64,000 nt of DNA from the human T2T-CHM13v2.0 reference genome, Homo sapiens (GCF_009914755.1 NC_060941.1), one strand, 5' to 3'; positions 30,114-48,745 are shown, numbered from the stretch's first letter. The notes: generated from the letters alone by a model not told the origin. Made by a program: numbers and translations.

Positions 30114-31241
30114 TTAACAAACACAGATGATTTAAAAACACACACGATAACTTTGTAAAAGCTCTTCACACCAACACTGCTTCAGACTCATCTCTGAAAA
30201 ACGAATGGCGGCGCCATCCACCCAGGGGCCCAGGCTGGAGCCTCCAGGCATCCCCGAGGCCTCCCCTCCTGCGTCCCCCACCACACCCCGCCTCTCCTCA
30301 GTCACGCCTGGAATCCCTTCCTCTCCACCCCCTGCCCCGTCTTAGTTCAGGCCCTCAGCCCTTTGAACTAGGATCACCTCTCCCGTCTTAGGCATCCCTC
30401 AGTTATCGTCCTTTGTATTTCCTGCCAGATTGACTTCTAAAATGTAAGCACAAACATGTTTTTCCTGTTACTTTCAGACTGCAAAGTCTTCAGAGGCATT
30501 GGTTGTGTGGAGCAGAATTTCTGGGCCATGGCTTCGGCCTCCTCTAGTCTCACTCACCAGGCCGCACCTTGTCATGCATGGGGTGTGCTTTGGTAAAAAT
30601 GAACTTGTCCCCAACTGCCTAATTATTCCACTTTTGGCCTGTCTGAGATTTTTTTTTTTAATCCCCAGCACCTAGCCTAAAGCCTGGCAAATAAACACTC
30701 ATAAGTGTTTGTAAATTTAACAAAACTAAGCTGTAAAACTCCAAGAATAAAGTGCTACATTATTTTCAAGTAACCTGTAGCTGACTTAAAAACATCCCTA
30801 ACGGATGATGCAATACAGGTCTTAACAGTCTGATAAGCCTCAACTCACCCTTTTACAAAATGGACTGTTTCTCACAGGTCAGCACGATGAAATTCCAACC
30901 ATAAGGAAACAATCTTATTGGAAATGGCCAGCAAGACATTGTGTGCAGCAGGACCATAGCTTGGGTCAACCACAGCCCAGGCAGCGGCCGTGAATGGCAG
31001 CTGGAGCTGTCTCCGAGGCCACCCACGTGCCTGCCAGACACACGAACCCCAGGGGCTCTACATCAAGACACTGAGCTTCCAGGGAGAAATCCCGAGTAGC
31101 AAGGCTGGCTCCAAATAAAAGTATGACATAAAACTAGTAAGAGGTGACACAGAAGGCAATTCTGGGGCCAGCATATTTCACCAGCTTATATATTACAGAA
31201 ATGTTAGTTATTATAAAGACCCCTTGCTCCCCAGGGAATAC

Positions 31242-31346
31242 CTGTGTATCCTGTAGTTGAGACTCAAGACTAGCTGCATCCTTAGCAAATTTAATACCCT
31301 TCTTCTCTGCTTCTTCCAGAAGGGTGGAGACATTATCTAGCTCATT
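31242..31346 (-). CDS. MYH10: MYH10 ex29: [17 protein letters not shown]...LQDTQ
   Basis: AG/GT sites, 105 nt. Confidence 0.96.
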
Positions 31347-31820
31347 CTGTAAGGAGCAGAAGATTAAATTCAACTCAATAGTAAGCAAGCAGAAAGGGTC
31401 TAGAAACACAGCTTTTAAACAGAACACAGAGAAGAACTCGGCGGGAGTGTGAACCTGAAACTACCCATTCAGTTAAGGAAGACTCACCACCAAGAGTCTG
31501 TTGCCTTCAAACGGAGCTCAAATAAGTAGGTACTAGAACCTGCCTCCCTGGCCACCTTAATAGTCTCTACCCATGAAAAGGACAGGGGGCGGGGGGTCTC
31601 CTAACTGGTTTCCTACCTTCTTCTATTTTTATCATGAAGATACAAAAATTAAAGCAAAGCCTCTGAAAGAGTGACTGTATCCTCTGTGGGGAGGCTGAAG
31701 GCCAGCAGGTGCTTGATTTTGGTCCTTCACACGAATATGCGTTAACCATATGTTTTGGGAGGAAAGTATAATTCACATTCTTATAGAACTTGAAGCTTCT
31801 ATAAAAGGGGTACAAGAAAG

Positions 31821-32113
<293 letters not shown>

Positions 32114-32817
32114 GGAAGTTCTTTTAGGTTTCAAAAAACTGGTATTATATGTTCATCATGAATATTTAAGCTATTTCTTATGGTCAGATTTAATTAATAA
32201 TATTTTTTTCTTCGCAATTAATGATATTTCTAAAATATTTTCCAAACAAATCTTTGTGGTATAAGATGCTTTATAATTTTTGACGACAGTGGGTGCTGGG
32301 AAGACGCAGAGGGACGCAGAGGGGCAGCAGGGCGCCGTGCGTTCTCGCTAGTCCTCGTCACACTGGCCAAGGGAGAGTGGACGGTGGCACAGCCACAGCA
32401 GAGCACATGCTGTAACGCTTCCATGTTCACTCTGTTTAGCAACATCCTTCACAGAGCTCACACTTCATCAGTCTTGGGAACAGTGTGGTGGGGAAGGGCT
32501 CCAAAGTCAAGAGGGACTCCTGCCTTCAGCACCAGCTCTAGAAGTTGCCAGGTAAGTCACCAGAGCGGGCAAGAGCCTTAGCTTCTTTGAGCCTCAGGTT
32601 CCTCACCTACCAGAGGGGTTGACTGAGGTTTAAATGGGGAACAACGTACATGGGAGCCTAGCATATGCCTGGTGCAGCACAGGGGACAAGGAACTGTCAC
32701 TCCCCTCCCTTCCCCGCCGTAGGCAGAGTTCATAATGCTGTTTCAGAGATTTTCTCTTTTAGGAATAGCTTTCCAGATTGTGTGTGAGAGCACGCACACA
32801 ATATTTCAGTACCTACA

Positions 32818-33355
32818 CGTTAACACAGCAGGCCGGGACCACCCTCCTTCGAAAGGCCTGCTTGCGATGTTGACCTTTGGCTGGTGTGTGGGAACTTGAA
32901 TTTAGCAAGAGTTCCCACTATTTCCTGAACAATAAGGGTGGCTTTTCTCTAAACTGTCCATGTAAACAATATGGTCTATGTTGAACACCTACGTTTCTTC
33001 TGGGAGTCTGCAATTTGGGTTTATGCTAGGCAAGAGGTGCCTATGTAACCAGCCCCTAATAAAAACCCTGGGGGCCGAGTCTGTAATGGGCTTCTTGGAA
33101 GAAAACATTTCACGCATGCTGTCAGGACTCACTGCTGGAGGAATTAAGCACGTGCTGTGTGACTCCGCTGGGAGAGGACTCCTGGAAGCTTGTTCCTGGT
33201 TTCCTCAGCACCTCAGCCCTCGTGCCCTTTCCTTTTACTGATTTTGCTTTGTATCTTTTCACTGTAATAAATCTTTGCCATGAGCAGGCCTCTGTGCTGA
33301 GTCCTAGAGTCCTGGAGAATCATGTACTGTAGTGTGGTCTTGGGCCTCGGACACA
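32818..33355 (+). mobile_element. ERVL-class solo LTR (MER68/MER21-like)
   Basis: Collinear with the recalled MER68 consensus (gaaaggcctgcttgc...aataaaaaccctgggg...gtgactccgctgggagaggactc...aataaatc...gacaca). Confidence 0.75.
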
Positions 33356-33562
33356 AGACAGCTCTGTAATTCTTTTTCAATGTGGCAATATAGGATGTAC
33401 ATCTTTTCTTACCGATAAGGACTCATTGACTATATTGTTTTTGCTGGTTGCATAGAAGTCCGTATTAAACATTAAAGTTATTTCCAACCACAGTCAGCCC
33501 TTCCTATCCATAGGTTCCATCTGTGGATTCAACCAACCATGTATTAAAAATATTCAGAAAAG

Positions 33563-33911
<349 letters not shown>

Positions 33912-34084
33912 TCATGACTTTTTTGGGTTATTTCCTAAAAACATGACTTTTTTGAGTCGTTATTTCCTAAAACATACAGTGTAACAACTTTTTACATAGC
34001 AGTTACATCGTCTTAGGTATTATAAGTAATCTAGAGATGATTTATAGTATATGGGAGGATGTGCATATATGCAAATACTATGCC

Positions 34085-34391
34085 TTTTTTTTTTTTTTTT
34101 TTTTTGAGACAGAGTCTTGTTCTGTAGTCCAGGCTGGAGTGCAGTGGCGTGATCTCGGCTCACTGCAATCTCCACCTCCCTGGATTCAAGCGATTCTCCT
34201 GCCTCAGCCTCCTGAGTAGCTGGGATTACAGGTGTGCACCACCACACCTGGCCAATTTTTTTGTATTTTTTAGAAGAGACAGGGTTTCGCCATGTTGGCC
34301 AGGCTGGTCTCAAACTCCTGACCTCAGGTGATCCGCCCACCTCAGCCTCCCATAGTGCTGGGATTATAGGTGTGAGCTACCACACCCGGCC
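34085..34391 (-). mobile_element. Alu (AluSx-like)
   Basis: TSD atactatgcc. Confidence 0.95.
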
Positions 34392-34671
34392 CCATACTAT
34401 GCCATTTTTATTAGGGACTCCAGCATCAGAAGATTTTGGTATCTGCAAGAGGTCCTGGATGTAATCCCCCAGTGGATACTGAGGGCTGACTGTATATACT
34501 TTTGTACACACTTCTGCAATGAACATTCTTGAAGTTGACTCTGTGTGTACATCCTTAGTTAATTCCCTAGGATAAATGACTAGACATGGATTTTTCGGGT
34601 CTAAGGATACTCACAGTTTTAAGGCTCGTGATCTAAGACTGCCAAACTGTCCTTTAGAAGAGGTTGCACTA

Positions 34672-34985
<314 letters not shown>

Positions 34986-35327
34986 CTAATTTATACCAGC
35001 AGTGTAAAAAATAAAACTCTCGTAAATCTTTGCCAATGTGAAGTATAATTTTTTTGGCCCATTGTTCCTATTCTCTTATTTACTGGACTAATGGAGAAGC
35101 TGAAGTGCTTAAAACTGTTAAGCAACTATAAACACAATTCAAAGTGGAACTGATCAAGTCCAATCATGCTGTGTTCTTCTTAAAATAAATATTATTTAAC
35201 TTCATCAAAGTAATAGACACTAGGGACACCTAAGACTCGATGTATTTACTGGATAGCAATTTTCAGGTGTCGCACAGCACATTGGCCATGGGTCTCTTAT
35301 TGCACAGAGGGATACAATGGTAAATTA

Positions 35328-35582
<255 letters not shown>

Positions 35583-36009
35583 CTAGGAGACGGAAGGGAA
35601 AACATAATTCACTAGTTATTTTCTAAAACTCCATACAGAGGACTGCTTTTTGAGTCTGCAGAATTGTGCCTAACACACAGTGAGTCTGTAGTCAACATCT
35701 GTTGAATGAATGAATGAAAATGTTTGCTGTTCTCTGAGTGTGAGGATTTCTACGTAAGGAACACACGCGTACACACTGCTCCGAGGAGCAGATGCAGATA
35801 TTTAGGGGCTCACTGTGCTAAGTAATTAGCCTTGTCCATGCCAGGTGTGTCCTGTCTGCAGAGTCATCACTCACACTGTCCTCTGTATAAAAAAGTGTTG
35901 TTAGTGTAAAGAATTGTTTTACACTTACTAACATGAGCAGGCACCCTTGGTGCAGGGGTGGCCACAACAGGATGTATCTCCAATGACATCCTGCCTCAGG
36001 GACAAGATT

Positions 36010-36260
36010 GGGTGTAGTAAGGTGGTCACATGGGAAACTGGGCCAGACTGTCTGGCTTCAAGCTGCCTTTCCACGAACCAGCTGTGTGACCCTGGCTTAA
36101 TTACCTAACACCGCTGGACCTCAGTTTCCTTGTCTTTTAAATGGGAATTATAGGAGACTGTGCCACAGGGTTGTAGCAAAGATTAAGGAAGGCAACTCGT
36201 GTAGGGTACTTAGCACAGTACTTGACACAAACATAAATGTTCCGTAAATGCTAATATTGT
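36010..36260 (+). mobile_element. MIR SINE
   Basis: ccagctgtgtgaccctggc...cctcagtttccttgtcttttaaatggg...gggttgtagcaaagattaa core. Confidence 0.75.
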
Positions 36261-36823
36261 CATTGTCTAAATTAAAAGGTGGCATGTGGCTAGGCAAAGA
36301 ACAGAAAGATGGAGAAACTGGAGCAAGAACCAAGTCACAAAGGCAAGGATGATTATGGGAAGTCATGGAGGCCAGTCTGCACAGGAGGGTGGCGTGAGTC
36401 ACAGGGCACATGAAATTAAGTTTCAGGAGAACGGAAAGCCTGTGTCTGAGATACAGAAGCGGGAACAATGAATGAAAGCCAACACTGTGTTTGGTGGCTG
36501 AGGTGAGATCACAGGCAGGGAAGGACAAGAAGGGAGAGATGAATGTCAGGAACCCCTGAAAGGGAACATCGGCAGGACGTGTGACTTACTGGCAGCAGAC
36601 AAGTTAGGGAAGAATGACTTTCAAACCATTCGGGGTTTTGAGTGAAGCCACTGGGAGAAGGGTTTAGTGAGAAGAGACACTGGGGAGGACTGTGTGGTTT
36701 GAGATGGTGGCTGGATCCATGGCTTTTCTTCCTAAGGAGACAGTGTGTTTTCTGAAAGCCGCTCCTGTCTTGGCAACTGGGTACCCAGCAGCCCACTCAG
36801 TGACGTACAGAGGCTGGAGCCTA

Positions 36824-37081
<258 letters not shown>

Positions 37082-37245
37082 TTAAGAGAGATCAGAATTA
37101 GCTGACTGATTAAAAACACATTTTCTTTTTGAAAAAGTACTGTTTTTGTTTTAAATATTACATAAATTCCCTTAATAAATACTTGATGTGCTATTTCCAG
37201 TAGGCTGGCAGGTCTATTACTGTGATATCAGAAATCCTCCTAGAG

Positions 37246-37400
37246 AGCTGAGTAGTGGTTCATGCCTATAACCCCGGCAATTTGGGAGGCTAAGGTGGAT
37301 CGCTTGAGCCTGGGAGGTTGAGGCTACAATGAGCTATGATTGCGCCACTGCACGCCAGCCTGGGCGAGTGAGACCCTATCTTTAAAAAAAAACCAAAAAA
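37246..37400 (+). mobile_element. Alu monomer (FRAM/AluJ-like)
   Basis: Single-arm Alu match with A tail. Confidence 0.8.
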
Positions 37401-38573
37401 ACAAACAACCAGTGCAACTTCCATGCCATGTCTGGCTTATCAAGACACAGGGTGACATCCCTAGGGGTCTTCAAATTGTTCTGGGTAGTCTGGTTTCACC
37501 GGAGGTCAGGAATTGGTTAACACAAGATGCCAAACTGCCTGCCATAGCCCCAACAGACTTGAATAAAACTGGAAAAAGGGAGTCTCCCAGAGATTTTCAA
37601 AAGTGAAGGGGTGACAAAGGCCAAATGAATCAGGACGTTGCAGTGTAACAAAGCAAGACTCTTAGCGTCCATGTGAAGAAGCCGCAATTAACTAACATCC
37701 TCCCAAAATTCTACCAGGAAATGGCTTAAGGTTGGGGAGGAGGGCATTATCTTTTGGAGGGGCAGGAAAATTAAAAGGCAGCTCAAAGGGTTCAGAAAGG
37801 GTCTCTGATGTTTGATATGAGAACACAGCAGGTCTATGGCCAGAGAATTGGAATGTTCTGACATAAACTGTGGTTTTATCTAACCTGCACTTTACGGTAT
37901 GAAGATCACATTAGCATTAAATATCTTTCCATGGCTTTCTAATATTTTTAAAATTGGCTGTAACAAATACAGGGTAACTTGAATAACCAGAGTTATTCAC
38001 TGTCTAAAAGAGATCTTACTTCTCATGGCGAGTCCCTCTAAATTTGTTAATCTGAGCACCGTGTTTAAGCACGAGCTTGATGAAGACTGAAGCCAGTCAG
38101 GTAAACAGCACTCCTGCTAAGACGTATATTAGCACTGTTGAATTAGCTACAACCTCACACTAATCCTGAAGCACACTGCTAGCAAACTTGCTCTATACTT
38201 TATAACATGTCACAACTTAGAACAGTGATTTACACACTGATTCCCGTGTGGACACATCATCCCTCTCTTCACCTCTCTTTTCCTCTCTTCTCATGGAGTC
38301 ACGAGATCTGCAGGGGCTGGCTGAGAGATCCCTGTGCCAAGAGAACAGGGCCTGGTGGCTGCCAGCTCCATGGTCGCATGTAGCCCAGCCAGAAGGAATC
38401 ACTAAGGATTCTTTGTGGTCCAGCCTAGCTCAGCCCCAAGTTCCACTGGCTCAGCCAGAGGTCAAAGACGTGCTGGTCTGGTCCTGTCCTCTGCAAGGCT
38501 CCCATCGAGATTGTTTCAGCTCACTACAGGGAAATCTCTCCTACTAGCAGCACGTTGTCTTTTGGGAAAATAG

Positions 38574-38574
<1 letters not shown>

Positions 38575-38610
<36 letters not shown>
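38575..38610. repeat. (TG)~18 microsatellite
   Basis: Read directly from the sequence. Confidence 0.95.
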
Positions 38611-38612
<2 letters not shown>

Positions 38613-38639
38613 CCTCATCCCTACTTAAATCCAGTGGTC

Positions 38640-38900
38640 AAAGGAAACCTTCATCTTCTCTTCTCCAGGCTGAACAACCCCATTTCTTTCAGTTTTTCAT
38701 CAAAAGTCCTTAAGAGAGTGAAAATGCCAGTGAGTCTGCAGAAGACTCACTGTTACTTTATACTAATCATGGGAAGAACCAGGGCCCAGGTGGGGTGGTT
38801 TGTGTTCTCTAAGGGTCCTTAGCAAGAATGGAGGACATGTTTGAGCTGCAGGCAAAACGGAATCAGTGAGTGCTACAGCTGAGCACAGGCATGGTTTTAA
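38640..38900 (-). mobile_element. CR1/L3 LINE remnant
   Basis: tcttctcttctccaggctgaacaaccccatttctttcag resembles the antisense CR1 ORF2 3' motif. Confidence 0.5.
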
Positions 38901-39015
38901 TAAATATGCGCATTTAGTTTTTTGCAAGGGTTGGATGGAAAAATGATCAGAACCTTATTTTCTATTGCAGTCAAAAGCCCAGCTGGGAGTGGAGAGTTCA
39001 GCCAAGTCTAGTTCA

Positions 39016-39463
<448 letters not shown>

Positions 39464-40803
39464 TCAGATGGGGTTTTTCCTCTCTCTGGGTAAAAGCTGA
39501 AGACAAAAACCAACCAACCTCTGTCCGGCTGCCATAGCTGTACATATTCATGGCTAGGATCATGGCAAACATTCCAAGGCTCACCCCTCTGTTCTCCAGC
39601 ACGGAGAGCCTCCCCACACCCACCATCTGACCTCAGTCTCACTGCTCTATCGAGCCGGCCTGCCCTGTGGACACCATGATGTCATTCTTTCCACGACCAA
39701 GTGCCCAGGTTTCCAGCTGCTGGGTGGACCCAGCTGATGACATCCTTGTCCTCTGGGGAAACGCACTGGTTTTCACCACAACCTGTTTCCCTCCTGGTTG
39801 CTCTGGGTCATTTTCTGCCTCTCTGGCCACACTTGCATTCATAAACAATTCCCTCTCTCCTTCTTGCTTTATTCCAGGCCTCAGCAACTCCCCAGGGTGA
39901 TGGGCTATCCTTTCCATCATTCATACCCTGGAAGAGCCAGCAGGTGTGCCTGCAGCCAGCCAAGGCGCGAGGGTTCCCTTCTGGCTAGGACTCCTGGGGT
40001 GGCCCTGAGGCACTTGGCAGTGTGAGTCTGGGAGGGAGCAGATGGCCTCTGCCAGGACAGCAAGCTGGCACACCCCCCATGCTGCTCTCCACAGTGATGA
40101 CACCTATGAGTCCGTGGGAGCCGCAGGCCAGCACCTCCAGGCCTGCGTACCAGCTCACTGCTAAGGCTCTCCTGCGACTCGTGGGCTGCCACACTGCAGC
40201 TTTCTACCCAGGAGCCTTCTCTGGCCATGTTCACCTATGCTCGTCACTTTTTTCATGCCCGCCCTGGCTGCTGGCTCATGATGCTGCATATGCCTCTGCC
40301 CACTGCACACTCTGTCCCAGTGCGTGCACCAGCCTTCTTCTCACCCTTGTGAAGGCACCCTTCCCTTTTCAGCTGGTTACCTACACCGTTCACACCACCT
40401 AGCACTGCCAGCATGTGTGCCTGGCCTCCTGGGTATCTCCTCCTATTCCTGTGTTTACCCTTCTCCCTCTGGTCCTATCTATCTAAATCTCTTTTCACTG
40501 CCCCCTGCTCTGTGTAGTTGTCACTCTCTCCCCCTAGATATCCATCACTGACCACAGCTTTTCCGATCACATCCATCTCCCTCTGTGTCCCTCAGTCTGC
40601 TGGTTTACCCACCCACCCCTGCACAGGTATTTCTACCCATAGGCTGGTCTGTTTCTAACCATTACCATTTAATCACCGTTCCACCTGCCATCACAAGGAA
40701 AAGCACACCACCTCCCAAAGATAGCAAGCACACCAGGCATTTCTGCACGGGCTCGGTGGAGAGGTCGGCAGGCGCCCGGGCCCTGCTTCCTCTCCCACAC
40801 TCA

Positions 40804-41046
<243 letters not shown>

Positions 41047-41790
41047 TCAGAGATGGCACCCGGATGGCCTGTTTCTCAGGCGAGCCCCAGCCCCTGAGCA
41101 CCTCTCCACGAGACCCCAGCCCCACATCCCTCCTCCTGGGGCCTGAGGCTGGTGCAGATGCTCAGCACCTGCTAGGGCAGGAGGAGGTTCTCAGGTAGAG
41201 GCCTTGCTGAAGGCCCCAAAGCTAATGGTGGCAGAGCCAGAACTAGATTCCAGCCCCAGCCCCCTTTCCAAACGACCATGCTTCTCCATTAAAAGGTAGG
41301 ACACTCTTACTTTAGCCCTTAGAATATGAAAACATTTTCTCTGAAGTCAAAGGCTGTTATAGTTAAAAATCTGCTTCTAACTATGAAGGAGTGACCTCCT
41401 CATCACACCGGAACCCAGCCAAACCAGGGATGCTCAAAGAACACAGTAGAAGAAAGAGGCTCTCATCCTCATACCCTCCAGGTGCCTCTCTTCCATAGGG
41501 CATCTTTTTGTTTATGTCTGTGGTTTAAAATGTTGGAAGATTTTTCTGATTGGGAATAGTTGGGATGTTTGAGGTAAGGGAGATTTTTCTTGAAAGATTT
41601 TGATTGTAACACATTATAAACTCCAAGTATTACAACCATGTAGCCAAATAGTTATTCTTTATAAAGAAATGAAACATTAGACATATATTTATTACATCTG
41701 ATTTGCATTCTAAACTGAATGGTTTAGAACTGATTATTGAATCATGCTCTCAGTGGAGAAATATAATTTTTGAAAAGTGATTTCCCTTCA

Positions 41791-42215
<425 letters not shown>

Positions 42216-42292
42216 TTAAAGTATAAATATTGAGATGGTTTATGAGACTTTCTTGCTGTCCTGACACAAATTCTGTACGCCTGGGCTTTTCA

Positions 42293-42643
<351 letters not shown>

Positions 42644-43769
42644 TCACCACAGGAATAAACTAAAATACAGACTGATCCAAGTTGAAAATAAGCCATTTTA
42701 TTCAAAAGCATGTCACTGCCCTGATGACATGGTCATGCGCTGATGTCAACTGCTCAGTCATTTCAAACCCACCGAGATCTGGAGGGGAGATAAATTAGTG
42801 TGGGGAGGGAATTTTAAGGAAGAAGTTGAGTGTCCTAAGAATGTCCTTTCATGGGAGGTGAGACCACACTGTGAGAGCCGAAGGGAGCTGGAATCCTCTC
42901 ATGTCAAACACATCACTGTACCCAGGTTTGCAAAGTGGCTCAGCAGGTGCTGGGGCAGCAATCGTAGCTGCCTGTCACCCCATTCCCTTTTCCATGGGAA
43001 CCCCTGTTCTGAACCAAGAAAACTGCCATCCTCGAGTACTGGGAGAGAGGAGACAGAAGAGTGGGCAGAGAGGGCCAGGCCTTTTCTCCACCCTCCCCTC
43101 TAAAATTCTGCAGTGATCTCTCAGTTAGCCCTAGTGATCTATTTCACTGAATGATTTATTTCCTCACAACAACCTGTATGCCTTTGTGTTCTCCACCAGG
43201 AACCAATTTGCTGAGAGGATGAGACCGAGTGTCACAGGCTGATCAAACAGGTGAGTAAAAAAGCACATGTGCTTATGGGTACTTCCTCAGCAGAAGAACC
43301 ATATACTAGTACAAATGGTTTATGAAAGTAATTTCATACTGACATGCCCTCTTTTGTTTATACTAAAACAAACAAACAAATAAAACCCCAAATATTTTTT
43401 AAAAGCCAACCCCATCGTCTTCCTATCATAAACGCACACATTAACCAAGAGTGGGCACCTGCCTGCAGGCGCCTGCACAGAGCTCCCTCCCCCTGGTGAT
43501 GGTACCAGTCTCTAGCTGCTCTTTCCAACTTCCATCCTCTTTTCTTATTGCTTTTGCAGAAGCTGTAATGTCCTAGGATTTCCTGATATTACACTGTGGC
43601 TTGGCCCTCAGTAGTGTCTTCTCTGTATCTGCCAGCTTTTATGTCACTGGCCAGTCCCTTTGTGAGGTACTTTGTGGGCACTTTAATACAGCTTTAGATT
43701 AAACACAATGGTCTGTAGGACCCAAACAATATAACCCCAACCATGCCCACCAAAGAACAGTATCTTTTA

Positions 43770-44100
<331 letters not shown>

Positions 44101-44171
44101 AAAAGGAAAACCATTTTATCATCATTTCAAGGCAACACAAAATAATCTTAAGAGCCCTTTTTATTATGTTT

Positions 44172-44513
44172 TAAATACAGGGTCTCGCTGTGTTACCCAG
44201 GCTGTAGTGCGGTTGCATGATCATAGCTCACTACAGTGAGCTCCTGGGCACAAGCAATTCTGCTGCCTCTGTCACCCCACGATCACAGCTCACTCTGGTG
44301 AGCTCCTGGGCGCAAGCAATCCTTCTGCCTCAGCTTCCAAGTAGCTGGGACTATAGATGTGCACCACTACGCCAGGCTAATTTGTAAATTTTTTGTAGAG
44401 ATGGAGTCTCACTATGCTGCCCAGGCTGGTCTTAAACTCCTGGCCTCATGAGATCCTCCTGCCTCAGCCTCCCAAAGTGCTAGGATTACAGGCCTGAGAC
44501 ACCGTGCCCAGCC
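44172..44513 (-). mobile_element. AluJ-like with an internal tandem duplication
   Basis: Diverged antisense Alu; segment duplicated within 44219-44330. Confidence 0.88.
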
Positions 44514-44662
44514 AAGGGACCTATTTTAATAAGTCAACCCAAACTGAAGGTCCTTATTATTAGTAATCATCATGTATATTTTTTATTTTTGCATGTTCTG
44601 ATTATAGTAAAAGCTAAACACTCACATGTCCTAGTCCCTGATTTCTCTAGCCCCAAATACTA

Positions 44663-44824
<162 letters not shown>

Positions 44825-44923
44825 TCAGAATGACCACTTGGGTTCTGTATTCCTCATAAAGGTCAACTTTGACTCGAGAGAAAATAAGTTCTATCGGCAC
44901 TGCCTCCCCCAGCAGACTGTACA

Positions 44924-45531
44924 CAGTCACATGCTGCAGAACGATGTTTTGGACAATGATGAACCGGATACACGACAGTGGTCTCCTAAGATGATCATGG
45001 AGCTGAAAACTTCATCGAGAGCTGTCATAACACCACAGTGCAATTACTCTATTTTTAAAATAAATGTACTGCAGCCTCAGTGTGCCATGTTGATAAAGTC
45101 TGCAGTCATGTACAGCAATGTCCTAGGCCTTCACATTCACTCAGCGCTCACTCACTGACTCACCCAGAGCAGCTTCCAGTCCTGCAAGCTCCGTTCATGG
45201 TGAGTGCCCAATAGAGGTGTGCCATTTTAAATCTTTTCTATCATTTTTACCGTACCTTTTCTATCATATTTTTACTGGACTTTTGTGTGGATATGTTTAG
45301 ATACACAAGTACTTATTAGCACTGTGTTCCAACTGCCTACAGTATTCAGGACAGCAACATGCTGTACAAGTGTGTGGCCTAGATGCAATCGGCCCAGCGT
45401 CTGGTCTAGGTGTATAGCAGGCTCTACCATCTAGTTTGTGTCCATACACTCTATGATGTTTGTACGAGGATAAAATAACTTCACAATGCATTTCCCAGAA
45501 TGTGTCCTCATCGTTAAACAACACACGACTG
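44924..45531 (+). mobile_element. Tigger3/Golem-family DNA transposon (non-autonomous)
   Basis: TIRs cagtcacatgctgcagaacgatg... and ...catcgttaaacaacacacgactg followed by TA. Confidence 0.8.
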
Positions 45532-45859
45532 TACTCCAAAAGGGCAGAAAGGCTTACACGTCTTGGTGCCCACCCCGGGAGCTTGGCCCAGCTGCCTGGT
45601 ATTCAGAGTCCCACAGTCAATGGTGGATGAATTAATGCTTGCACAGATGGAGACAAGTCATCATTGAGTGACCATTATGCACAAACTGCACATGTTACAA
45701 GTCTAAAAGATTATCAGGATATTTGATAAGGTTTAAAAAATTCAATGGTGCCTGTATCTTTAGAAATCTATACAAGTAGAGACTTACAGAGAAAATTCAG
45801 TAAATGAACCTAAAATCTTGAGAAATTTCTGTTTGAGTTCACTTTCAATGAGTGTATCA

Positions 45860-46078
<219 letters not shown>

Positions 46079-46106
46079 TCAGTCTCGCCACTTTCTCGAG
46101 ATTTGA

Positions 46107-46410
<304 letters not shown>

Positions 46411-47057
46411 AGATACTAATTTTTGATTCTCAAAATGCCAAGGATATTTAAAAAAATATGAAATGCAGTTATGTGAAATAGACATTTGTATCCGCTACAG
46501 GCTAAAGTACAAACTGGGTCAATCCTTCTAGAAGCCAACATGGCAAAACATAGCTTTAAAAATGAGCCTTTCCTTTCAACCAGCAATTTCAGGAAATTGT
46601 CACAGATGCAATTTATATAAAAAGACATACAGTGATAAGTTATTTATAATATTGAGTAACTATGAACATGCTACAAAAAGGTCTTGGTAATTAAATGTTG
46701 GCACATTTGTTAAATGGAATAATATATAGTAATTAAAATTCACATTTTGGAATAATAGCAACACAGACAAACATGAATAATGTAGTAGCACTCATCAAAT
46801 GTGTATTTAATTTAGCTGAATCCAACTATATACATGTTCGGCCAAAGAAGAGAGAATTTGAACATGAAAACAATAATTTAAATAGTACAGGTCGTGAGAA
46901 ATGAGCTGTCTCAGTTCAAGTGTACCTTTCACAGCAGAAGCACCTCATCAAACTGGGCGGGAGCATAGAGTTTACATGTATTTTTATTAGAACGTGCAGA
47001 TCTTTATAATCTACATTACTGTTTATGATAAACATGCTATTACACAGGATCACAGAT

Positions 47058-47204
47058 AGATTACCCCATTTTATATGAGGTGATTATTACACACTACATG
47101 CCTGTATCAAAACATCTCATGTACCCCATATATATATATATACACACATACATACATACACACACACACACTTAATATATACGCATAAAAATTAAAATTA
47201 AAAA
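47058..47204 (+). mobile_element. L1MA-like 3' end with a TA/CA microsatellite
   Basis: accccattttatatgaggtgattattacacactacatgcctgtatcaaaacatctcatgtacccc...aaaaattaaaa. Confidence 0.8.
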
Positions 47205-47207
47205 CAA

Positions 47208-47268
47208 AGTGTTACAGCTCTTTTAGAATTTGTCTAGCAGGATTTCTGGTTTCTGGTGGAAAGCTCCC
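47208..47268 (+). pseudogene. U7 snRNA retro-pseudogene
   Basis: AGTGTTACAGCTCTTTTAGAATTTGTCTAGCAGG...GGAAAGC matches U7: HDE-pairing segment plus the U7-specific Sm site AATTTGTCTAG. Confidence 0.92.
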
Positions 47269-47303
47269 ATCCCCTCCAAAAAACGAAATTAAAAAAAAAG
47301 TTA

Positions 47304-47651
<348 letters not shown>

Positions 47652-48511
47652 CTAGGGTTGTACAAATCAACACATGGCCAACTTAAGGAAATGTTCAAGA
47701 GTAACTTCGGCTAAATAATTTACTCATCGTTAATTTTAGAATGAAACCATGGCAAAAAATGAGTGTTTTCTTGTAAAAATTTCAAACACACATACAAGCA
47801 CACAGACCAGCATAATAAGCCCCACACAGAAGCATCACCTTGACCTTAACAAGCATCAACTCATGGTCAATTCCATTTCATGTGTGCCTCCACCTGCTCC
47901 CTTCTCCCCCTAGGTTATTTTGAAGCAAATCCCAGACATCATATTTCACTTGTAAAACCTTCAGGCTGTACCTCTAAAATATAAAGACCATTTAAAAAGC
48001 ACATTTGTCTGTTTCAATCACAATCCAAAAATTGTGCCTCATGAGTACAGCCTGTATTTCAAAAAGAAAGTTAAGTACCAGGGAAGGGCTAATTTTTAAA
48101 AATTCTCATTCTGACTGTTGGCCACCTCCTATGTCAGTGCTGAGCGTTTCTTATTAGCCAAACCACGTAGTAGATGTCTATCTAATGAATGGAGTGAGCA
48201 ACAGAATCACTGACAACATGAAGAACAAGTTAGGTCTTCTACAGAATGCTATAGATCCTGGGAGGTTTGCGACTGTGAATCTCTTTGCAAACTGTAAGAT
48301 GCCACTTAGAACATAAAAAAGATTCCTATACAAAATGACAAATCTTTGTTCAAAGAAAATCTATTATAGGTGTGTTTCAAATGATGGTCATCTTTCTAAG
48401 AGTGGCTTCTCATAACCCAGAACCCTTTTGCTTCTCTGTGGACTTAAGAATCCAAACACATAACTTCTGTTTATTCAACAGATCCACTTGAAAATCCAAA
48501 ATATGCTTCTA

Positions 48512-48745
<234 letters not shown>

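Noticed and set aside
39800-40600. Cluster of GC-rich ORFs, possibly CR1 ORF1-derived
   Set aside because: Similarity too weak to call by eye; no coherent reading frame
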